Of a DNA stretch of 64,000 bases, positions 27,462-34,939 are shown piece by piece. This DNA is from an uncultured Phycisphaeraceae bacterium (GTDB lineage Bacteria; Planctomycetota; Phycisphaerae; Phycisphaerales; UBA1924). The stretch is from contig CAYQRD010000005.1 in assembly GCA_964419845.1 (NCBI GenBank), forward strand, positions 24,175-88,174, written 5' to 3'. Numbering within the stretch: position 1 is the stretch's first letter; each line of letters starts with the position of its first letter. The notes beneath the pieces are model-generated. The model saw only the letters and a program-made list of their open reading frames with translations, was not told where the DNA came from and did no database searches. The translations under genes and the position numbers were made by a program.

Positions 27462-28451
27462 ATGAAACGGTATGAACTCTACACCAAACGCGTCGGCTTT
27501 ACCTTAATTGAACTTCTCGTCGTCATCGCGATCATCGCGCTGCTCATCGGAATCCTGCTGCCCGCACTCGGCGGCGCACGCGATTCCGCGAAGAAGCTCA
27601 AGTGCCTTACCCAGGTCCGTGCGATGGGTCAGGCATTCACTTTCTATGCCGATGATCACAAGGATTGGTATCCGATCATCCCAGCTCAGCAACCAGATTC
27701 GCGGTACCTCGATAACCAGTACACCGCCGGAGGGGTCGCGGGATTGTTCTCGCTCTTCCAGATCGGCGACGGCGAGGGCTCACTCGGTGACGGTGGCGGA
27801 TCGCCATCCGTATCAGGTGATGTCGGCTTTGTCGGCACACCCGCAGGTGGTCCCGGTGCATATGTCAACGGTAACAAAACACCCCTGATGCGAGGCTATC
27901 TCGAGACATTTGAGATCCTGACCTGTCCGAGTGACAGAATCGACTACTACTGGAGACGCTTCCCGACTCCGACCAACAAGATCATTTCCGCCGCGATTTC
28001 GAGCAAGACTCCGGAACCGCCGAAGCAGGAACGCGACATCATCCACTACAACATCAGCTATCTTTATATCGCTGGACTCAAGTCGATCGACCCATCGATC
28101 CAGTTCGCGCCACCGCTCTGGGGCGATGAAACCAATACAGGCGATGTCAGCCTGAACGCGTGGTACGGATGGGACTGGCGAAACGATCAGCCCGGAGGGG
28201 GCAACGAGCCGAACCCGGTCAACGACTACGGATTCAATCCCCGAACTGGGTACGCCAGGGACGACAACCACGGCGACGAGGGCGGCAACTTTGTACGCGC
28301 CGACGGCAGTGCTGATTTCGTGGACACAAACCCGCAGACAACATTCTTTATGAATCCCGAAGATATCCGCGATGAGGATCTTCGTTCGAGTAATCTCAGC
28401 ATCAACCTGATCAACCCCAATCGCAGCAACAAGGTCCAGGTCATCGACTGA
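27462..28451 (+). CDS. Prepilin-type N-terminal cleavage/methylation domain protein (DUF1559-like)
   Basis: KRVGFTLIELLVVIAIIALLIGILLPALGGARDSAKKLKC is the classic class III signal. The C-terminal DNHGDEGGNFVRADGSADFV resembles the H-x(9-10)-DG tail. The start was set to ATG 27462 (MKRYELY). Confidence 0.85.
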   Translation: MKRYELYTKRVGFTLIELLVVIAIIALLIGILLPALGGARDSAKKLKCLTQVRAMGQAFTFYADDHKDWYPIIPAQQPDSRYLDNQYTAGGVAGLFSLFQIGDGEGSLGDGGGSPSVSGDVGFVGTPAGGPGAYVNGNKTPLMRGYLETFEILTCPSDRIDYYWRRFPTPTNKIISAAISSKTPEPPKQERDIIHYNISYLYIAGLKSIDPSIQFAPPLWGDETNTGDVSLNAWYGWDWRNDQPGGGNEPNPVNDYGFNPRTGYARDDNHGDEGGNFVRADGSADFVDTNPQTTFFMNPEDIRDEDLRSSNLSINLINPNRSNKVQVID

Positions 28452-28535
28452 CCGCGTTTCGCGCGGCACGCACGCCCCCGCCCCACGCGGTACACTGTGC
28501 GATGTGACTGAAACCCTGAACACGCATGAGGATCA

Positions 28536-29819
28536 ATGGTGAGCAGGACCGAACCCGCTGATCAGCAATCGAACCAATCGACCAAGGCCCCGGGCAAATC
28601 TCGGGGCTCCTTTCTCGGCCGGCTCTTCTCACACCAGGAATCCGGCCTCGTCCTCGTCATCATTCTGATGATGAGCGTCCTTACGGTCTATGGCACCTTC
28701 AACAAGGTCCCCGACCCCATCAAGATCGTCCTGAGTCCGGACGCGCAGGTGACCCTGCTCGACTCAGGTGGTGCCGTGCACGAGGTCGGCGAGATCGCCA
28801 AACGCAACATCTCAGCCTACCGCGTGACCCAGAACGGCGAGAGTACGACCTACGACGCAACGAGCATCGACCGCTTCGATGCAACAACCCGGACACTCTA
28901 CCAGACCAGGCTCAAGAACAAGTTCTTTAACAAGTCCAACATCTTCCTGATCCTCAAGGACTCGAGCTTCTTCGCGATCATGGCCGTCGGCATGACCGGC
29001 GTGATCATCCTCGCGGGTATCGACCTCTCCGTCGGCTCCATCTACGGGCTTTCGGCGATCGTCGGCGCAATGGCCCTCAGCGCCCTTCCCGAGGATACCT
29101 CCCTGCTCATCGCCCTCCCCGTCGGGCTCGCGGTGTGCATGACGATCGGAACCATCTGCGGCTTTGCCAACGGCTCGATGAGTGTGGGGCTGCGCGTGCA
29201 CCCGTTCGTCATCACGCTGGGCATGATGGCGGCCCTGCGCGGACTCACCGTCGTGCTCCCTCAGGAGTTCTTCAACACCCAGTCCATCGGCGGTTTCCCC
29301 AAGAGCTTCACCGGCGGCTTCTTCAAGGCCGAGGTCATGGGTGTCTACCCCGTGCCGGTGATCATCATGGCCGTGGTCGCCATCGCGGGGTGGTTTGTGC
29401 TCTCGCGCACGGTCTTCGGCCGCCGCGTCTTCGCGATTGGCGGCAACGAAACAGCGGCCCAGTACGCGGGCATACCCGTGGGCCGCGTCAAAATCCTCGT
29501 CTACACCATCACCGGTGCCCTTTGCGGGCTCAGCGCCTGCATCTATCTGGGCTACCTCGGTGCCGCAGAAACCAACGCGGGCAACGCCTACGAGCTGCAG
29601 GTCATCGCCGCGACGGTGATCGGCGGTGCCTCGCTCATGGGCGGACGCGGCACGGCACTGGGCGCGGTGCTTGGGGCCATCATCATCCAGCTCATCAACA
29701 ACGCGATGGTCATCTTCAGCGTTGACCAGAGTTACAATCAGATCGTGATGGGTGCGGCGATCATCATCGCCGTCGTCATCGATCAGACCAAACAACGAAT
29801 CCAGACCCGCAGAGGGTAA
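28536..29819 (+). CDS. Sugar ABC transporter permease (ribose/xylose-type, BPD_transp_2)
   Basis: 427 aa, multi-TM. GIDLSVGSIYGLSAIV and VFAIGGNETAAQYAGIPVGRVKILVY are typical of RbsC/XylH-like permeases. GAGGA lies before the ATG. Confidence 0.88.
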   Translation: MVSRTEPADQQSNQSTKAPGKSRGSFLGRLFSHQESGLVLVIILMMSVLTVYGTFNKVPDPIKIVLSPDAQVTLLDSGGAVHEVGEIAKRNISAYRVTQNGESTTYDATSIDRFDATTRTLYQTRLKNKFFNKSNIFLILKDSSFFAIMAVGMTGVIILAGIDLSVGSIYGLSAIVGAMALSALPEDTSLLIALPVGLAVCMTIGTICGFANGSMSVGLRVHPFVITLGMMAALRGLTVVLPQEFFNTQSIGGFPKSFTGGFFKAEVMGVYPVPVIIMAVVAIAGWFVLSRTVFGRRVFAIGGNETAAQYAGIPVGRVKILVYTITGALCGLSACIYLGYLGAAETNAGNAYELQVIAATVIGGASLMGGRGTALGAVLGAIIIQLINNAMVIFSVDQSYNQIVMGAAIIIAVVIDQTKQRIQTRRG

Positions 29820-29839
29820 CACGACACAGGAGACTCACC

Positions 29840-30865
29840 ATGACCTCGCGAACCGCCTGGCTCATCACTTCCGCATCGCTCTCACTCTCGGCCCTGATGC
29901 TCAGCGGATGCTCCAAGAGCGACCCCGCAGCAAGCAACACCGCCGAGAACACCCCCGCCGCAGCGGACACCGTGTACCGCATCGGCGTCATCGCCAAGAG
30001 CAACAGCAACCCTGTTTTCCAGGCCGCCAAGACCGGCGCTATGGCCGCCGGCGAACGCCTCACCAAGGAACTCGACGGCGTGACCGTGGAGATCCTCTGG
30101 CAGACCCCGCCGCAGGAAGATGCCCAGGTCCAGGCACAGTATGTTGAGCAGCTCGTATCATCTGGTGTTGACGGCATCGCCATCTCGTGCACCGACGCCA
30201 ACCTGCTCACCAGCTCGCTCAAGGCCGCGGTCGAGAAAGGCGTCGTCGTCGTCACCTTCGACTCCGACGCGCCCGAGTCTGGCCGCATGGCCTACTACGG
30301 CGTGGACGACAAGCAGGCCGGCAAAGAAGTCATGCGCCAGCTCGCTGAACAGATGGGTGGCAGCGGCAAGGTCGCCGTGCTGACGGGCAACCCCGCGGCC
30401 GCCAACCTGCAGGCCCGTGTCAACGGAGTACTCGAGCAGGCCGCCGAATACGAAGGCATTGCCGAGCCGACCGTGTATTCATTCACCCCCGAGACCGCGA
30501 CCGAAGCAGCCGCCAAGATGCAGCAGGTCCAGAGCGCGAACCCCGACATCACCGGCTGGGCGCTGGTGGGCGGCTGGCCGCTCTACACCGACAACGCGCT
30601 CGACGGCATCTATCAGAATGCCAAGATCGTCTCCATGGACCCCCTCCCCCTCCCATTGGAGTATGTCAAGAAGGGGCAGGTGCAGGTCCTCGTCGGCCAG
30701 CCCTACTTCGGCTGGGGCGAGAAGTCCGTCGAGATGATCATCGACAAGCTCGAACTCAATCGCACCCCCGAGTCCGAGTTCATCTACGCCCAGTTCGACA
30801 TTGTGACCGAGGACAATGTCGAAGAGTTCGGCGAGAACTGGGCCAAGTGGCTTGGTGAAGACTGA
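29840..30865 (+). CDS. Sugar ABC transporter substrate-binding lipoprotein (RbsB-like, periplasmic binding protein type I)
   Basis: Lipobox ALMLSGCS. IGVIAKSNSNPVFQAAKTGA...GVDGIAISCTD...VVTFDSD...VAVLTGNP are characteristic of the type I PBP fold. Confidence 0.85.
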   Translation: MTSRTAWLITSASLSLSALMLSGCSKSDPAASNTAENTPAAADTVYRIGVIAKSNSNPVFQAAKTGAMAAGERLTKELDGVTVEILWQTPPQEDAQVQAQYVEQLVSSGVDGIAISCTDANLLTSSLKAAVEKGVVVVTFDSDAPESGRMAYYGVDDKQAGKEVMRQLAEQMGGSGKVAVLTGNPAAANLQARVNGVLEQAAEYEGIAEPTVYSFTPETATEAAAKMQQVQSANPDITGWALVGGWPLYTDNALDGIYQNAKIVSMDPLPLPLEYVKKGQVQVLVGQPYFGWGEKSVEMIIDKLELNRTPESEFIYAQFDIVTEDNVEEFGENWAKWLGED

Positions 30866-30909
30866 ATCACATTCCAATGCGTTGGGTCAGCGCCCGACGC
30901 GTTTCTTTC

Positions 30910-32556
30910 ATGAGCGATCCCGCAAACAGCACGACCCCGGTGCTCACGGCCACCAACATCTCCAAGGCGTTCGGGGTGACCCAGGCGCTGAGTGATGTAT
31001 CAGTGTCGTTTCTCCCCGGCGAGGTCCACGCCCTGATGGGTGAAAACGGCGCGGGCAAGTCCACGCTCGGCAAGGTCATCGCGGGGCTGCACAAGCAGGA
31101 CACGGGCGTCGTAAATCTCGAAGGCCGCGAACTGATCCCCGGCTCACTCGACGACGCGTTCGCCGCCGGGGTCCGCATCGTGCACCAGGAACTCGCCCAG
31201 TGCCCGAACCTCTCCGTGGCTGAGAACCTCTGCCTGCACGACCTCCCCAAGAAGGGGTTCATCGTCGATTTTGATGAGATGCGCCGTCGCGCCCAGGAGC
31301 TTGTGCACCAGCTCGACCCGAGCATCGATGTCACCCAGCCGCTCGGTCGGCTCTCACCCGGGCGACGCCAGATCTGCCAGATCGCCGCATCGCTCGACAA
31401 GGACGATCAGGGCCACAACGCCGCCAAAGTCATCGTTTTCGACGAACCAACCTCGTCACTCTCGCTCACGGAAGCAAGCACGCTCATGGGCATCACCCGC
31501 GACCTCGCGGCTCAAGGCCTCACCATTATCTATGTCTCACATCGGATGAGCGAGATCTTCACCTGCTGCGATCGCGTCACCGTGCTGCGCGACGGCAAGT
31601 ATGTCGCCACCAGCGTCGTCAAGGACATCGACGAACCCACCCTCGTCGAACAGATGATCGGGCGTCGAATCAGCACCCCGGGCGCCAAGCACACAGCATC
31701 GACCTCAGACAATGGCGAGGGTATCGAAGCCGAGGCCATCGAGTCGCTGGTCGGCACCAGCAACAGCCAAGAGCCCCACTACGATCAGCCGCCACGACTG
31801 ATCCTTCGCGATGTCTGCTCGCCGGGCAAACTCAACAACATCTCGCTCAAGCTCTACCCGGGCGAGATCCTCGGCGTTGGCGGGCTCGTCGGCGCGGGGC
31901 GATCCGAGCTCTTCGACGCGATCTTCGGTATCGACCACCGCGTCACCGGCTCGATCGTCGTCGACGGCGACGAGATCTGCGGCAAGGGCACCAAGGCCGC
32001 CATCGAGGCCGGCGTCGGGCTCGGCTATGTCCCCGAGGACCGCCGCAATCAGGGCCTGTTCTTCAACCTCGGCATCGACGAGAACATCCTCGCCCCCATC
32101 ATGCCCGACATCTGTGGCTTCTTCGGCATGCGCAAACTCGACGACGAACTCGCCCGCGTCCAGTCGCGCGTCGACCGCTTCCAGATCAAGACCGCGTCAC
32201 TCCGTGAGACCAAGCCCAGCGAGCTCTCGGGCGGCAACCAGCAGAAGCTCCTCATCGCCCGCTGGATGAGCGATCGCACCAAGGTCCTGCTGCTCGACGA
32301 GCCCACCCGCGGCATCGATGTCGGTACCAAAGCCGAGATCTACAAACTCATCAACGAAGCTGCCGATCAGGGCCTCGCGATCCTTCTGGTGTCATCTGAG
32401 ATGCCGGAACTGCTCGCCCTGAGCGACCGCATCCTCGTCATGGGCGAAGGGGTCATCAAGGGTGAGCTGCGGGGCAGCGAAATGAATCAGACCAACATCC
32501 TGACGCTCGCGACCGATGAGAAGAACTCGGTTGAAAAAGAACCCGCAAACGCATGA
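30910..32556 (+). CDS. Sugar ABC transporter ATP-binding protein (duplicated NBD, RbsA/MglA-like)
   Basis: Two nucleotide-binding halves: GENGAGKST...LSPGRRQ...VIVFDEPTSSL and GLVGAGRSEL...LSGGNQQK...LLLDEPTRGID. Start set at ATG 30910; ATG 30877 is also possible. Confidence 0.92.
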   Translation: MSDPANSTTPVLTATNISKAFGVTQALSDVSVSFLPGEVHALMGENGAGKSTLGKVIAGLHKQDTGVVNLEGRELIPGSLDDAFAAGVRIVHQELAQCPNLSVAENLCLHDLPKKGFIVDFDEMRRRAQELVHQLDPSIDVTQPLGRLSPGRRQICQIAASLDKDDQGHNAAKVIVFDEPTSSLSLTEASTLMGITRDLAAQGLTIIYVSHRMSEIFTCCDRVTVLRDGKYVATSVVKDIDEPTLVEQMIGRRISTPGAKHTASTSDNGEGIEAEAIESLVGTSNSQEPHYDQPPRLILRDVCSPGKLNNISLKLYPGEILGVGGLVGAGRSELFDAIFGIDHRVTGSIVVDGDEICGKGTKAAIEAGVGLGYVPEDRRNQGLFFNLGIDENILAPIMPDICGFFGMRKLDDELARVQSRVDRFQIKTASLRETKPSELSGGNQQKLLIARWMSDRTKVLLLDEPTRGIDVGTKAEIYKLINEAADQGLAILLVSSEMPELLALSDRILVMGEGVIKGELRGSEMNQTNILTLATDEKNSVEKEPANA

Positions 32557-32567
32557 GCGTTGCGGGT
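32534..32567 (-). terminator. Hairpin terminator for the GH31 gene, overlapping the stop codon of the convergent ABC ATPase gene
   Basis: ACCCGCAAACGC (32541-32552) pairs with GCGTTGCGGGT (32557-32567). On the minus strand it is followed by TCTTTTTC. Confidence 0.6.
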
Positions 32568-32591
32568 TGAAAGACGAATCTGAAACTCAAC

Positions 32592-34718
32592 TCAATCGAT
32601 GACGCGAACCTTGATCGTGCGCTCCGGCGCCGCCATCTTGCCGTGCTGATCAACAACTTCGACCTTGACATCATGACCGTCGCGTGAGGCTTTGAAAGTC
32701 GTCCGCAGATACTCACCGAGCATGTACTCCATACCCTCGCCGGCGTCTTCGTACAGCGTGCCCATCGCTTCACCGTTCGCATCGAGATGCACCAGCAAGG
32801 TGATCTCGTCACGCTGATCAGGGCGATCGCCGAAGTACTGCGTCACCGGCGCGGTGACGATGATCGAGCCGGGCTTGATGTAGAGATCCGGCAGATCAAC
32901 ATCCTTCGAGTCACGCCCGCCGTCGAAGCTCTCGAAGTCGAACTTCGCCCACGCGATACCATCGATCGCTCGAGGCAGCACCGCGACCCGATCGGCCTCG
33001 GGCGTCGCTTTGGCGACAACCAGCAGGTGGTCGCCCAGGAGGAACGAGTCGTCCTCGCTGCGCAGTGCCGGATCGCTCGGGTCCGCGAAGAAGGTCGGCA
33101 TCGCGATGGGCGTGCCGTGCGTTGCGGACTCGTGGAACAAGGTGTAGATATAGGGCAGCAGCCGATAGCGCCGTTCCAGCGCCCGTCGGCAGGTCGCCTC
33201 AACCTCGGGCGTGAACGACCAGGGCTCCTTGTCGATGTTCCCCTTGGCCGTGTGCCCGCGGGCGAACGGGAAGAGCGTGCCAAAGCCCATCCAGCGGGCG
33301 AAGAGTTCGCCATCACCGTTGTAGGCGAACCCGCCGATATCGGGGCCCGCAAAGGGCTGCCCCGAGAGCGCCAGGTTCACGGTCATCGGGATCGACATGT
33401 CCAGATGCTCCCATGTGGCCGAGTTGTCGCCTGTCCAGGTCGCGCCGTAGCGATGCCCGCCGAGGTAGTTGGCACGCGAGAGCACGAAGGGTCGCTTGCC
33501 CGGGTTCGCGTCCATGACGCCCTCACGCGTGGCGCGGATCATCTGCATGCCGTAGACATTGTGGTAGCGCCCGTGGTTGCCCTCGCCGCCCAGCTCGGGG
33601 TCGGCATGATGCACATTGTCCTCGGGCATGGTCTTGGTTTCGACATTGAACACCGCCGGCTCGTTCATGTCGTTCCATACACCATCGATGCCGTAGGCCA
33701 TGAAGTCTCCATACAGCCCCGCCCACCACTCGCGCACTTCCTTATTAAGATAATCAGGGAACACACACACGCCCGGCCAGACTTCGCCGGTGTAGGTCTT
33801 GCCCTGCGCGTTCTTCACCCAGACATCGTGCTCGGTGCCCGAGTCGTAGACAAAGTAGCCGTCCTCCTTCTTCACGCCCGGATCGATCATCCAGACATTG
33901 CTGAACCCGATCGAGTCGAGGTAGGCATTGAGCCCCTTGGGGTCGGGGAACTGCTCATCGTCGAAGGTGAACACGCGGTAGCCGTCCATGTAATCGATGT
34001 CCATCCAGATCACATCGGCGGGCAGCTTCTTGGCCCGGAAAGTCTCCGCAACCTCACGCACGCGTGAATCCGGGTTGTACGAGTAGCGGCACTGGTGATA
34101 CCCCACCGCCCAGCGCGGCGGCATGGCGATCGTGCCCGTCAGCTCCGCAAGCCCCTCCATCACCGCCTGAGGCGAATCCCGATCGACAACAATCACCGGG
34201 AACTGATAGGCGACACCTCGGAAAGTGATCCCCTCACGCAGGTCGATCTCGCACCGCTCCGTCGTATCCGCAAGCACACCAAAAGCCGTGCCATCCGCAC
34301 GCACCGCAAGCACCCACGGCTGCGAGGTGTACAGGTTGGTTGCGTCGAGCCCGTACCCGAACGCATCAAGATTCCATGTCTCGGTCACGAACCCGTTACG
34401 GAGCAGCGGCCCCGCAACCTGCCCGGTGCCGTACAAACTGGTGCCCGGCTCAATTTCGATGCTCGCAACAAAGCGACCTTCCGAGTTCTGGGAGAACTCG
34501 GGCACGAGCGGATGCGTATCGCCCTGTATGTCCCCGATCGACTCAAACGGACGCACCATCGCGATCGATGGACGGCGATTCACGCGTGCCTCATGTGAAG
34601 CATCGAACCGGACGATCCCATCCCCAATCACCTCGGCCACCTGGGCCGACGCGAAGGTATGCAACGAAACGAGTACGCCAAGAACGAGTCTCAGAAAGGG
34701 AAACCTATTGTTGCGCAT
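32592..34718 (-). CDS. GH31 alpha-glucosidase, secreted
   Basis: 708 aa with signal peptide MRNNRFPFLRLVLGVLVSLHTFASAQ and the catalytic nucleophile region GIDGVWNDMNEPAVF. Also DVIWMDIDYMDGYRVFTFD and WTGDNSATWEHL. Confidence 0.93.
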   Translation of the reverse strand: MRNNRFPFLRLVLGVLVSLHTFASAQVAEVIGDGIVRFDASHEARVNRRPSIAMVRPFESIGDIQGDTHPLVPEFSQNSEGRFVASIEIEPGTSLYGTGQVAGPLLRNGFVTETWNLDAFGYGLDATNLYTSQPWVLAVRADGTAFGVLADTTERCEIDLREGITFRGVAYQFPVIVVDRDSPQAVMEGLAELTGTIAMPPRWAVGYHQCRYSYNPDSRVREVAETFRAKKLPADVIWMDIDYMDGYRVFTFDDEQFPDPKGLNAYLDSIGFSNVWMIDPGVKKEDGYFVYDSGTEHDVWVKNAQGKTYTGEVWPGVCVFPDYLNKEVREWWAGLYGDFMAYGIDGVWNDMNEPAVFNVETKTMPEDNVHHADPELGGEGNHGRYHNVYGMQMIRATREGVMDANPGKRPFVLSRANYLGGHRYGATWTGDNSATWEHLDMSIPMTVNLALSGQPFAGPDIGGFAYNGDGELFARWMGFGTLFPFARGHTAKGNIDKEPWSFTPEVEATCRRALERRYRLLPYIYTLFHESATHGTPIAMPTFFADPSDPALRSEDDSFLLGDHLLVVAKATPEADRVAVLPRAIDGIAWAKFDFESFDGGRDSKDVDLPDLYIKPGSIIVTAPVTQYFGDRPDQRDEITLLVHLDANGEAMGTLYEDAGEGMEYMLGEYLRTTFKASRDGHDVKVEVVDQHGKMAAPERTIKVRVID

Positions 34719-34939
34719 CGTGACTCCTGAGGTTGTCGGTATCGCTCACCAAGCGGGTGCTACGAAAGTGTCGCGTATTGTTCTGGGACCATACCAAAAA
34801 GTCACCGGATTGTGGCGATAATCCGCCATAATCTCACGAAAGCATGTTCACAATCTCGCCCTGATCGGCGATAATCAGACAGGAACACCCCGCCCGGACT
34901 CGTCGGGCAGACACCAGCCATTTCGCTGACTGGGAACGC

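Noticed and set aside
32787-34067. 426-aa plus-strand ORF; similar long antisense ORFs lie at 43454-44398, 49336-50655, 61232-62677 and 28812-29822
   Set aside because: All lie opposite genes with strong family signatures (GH31, secY, rplP/rpsC, cdsA/uppS, ABC permease) and have arginine-rich, shadow-frame composition.
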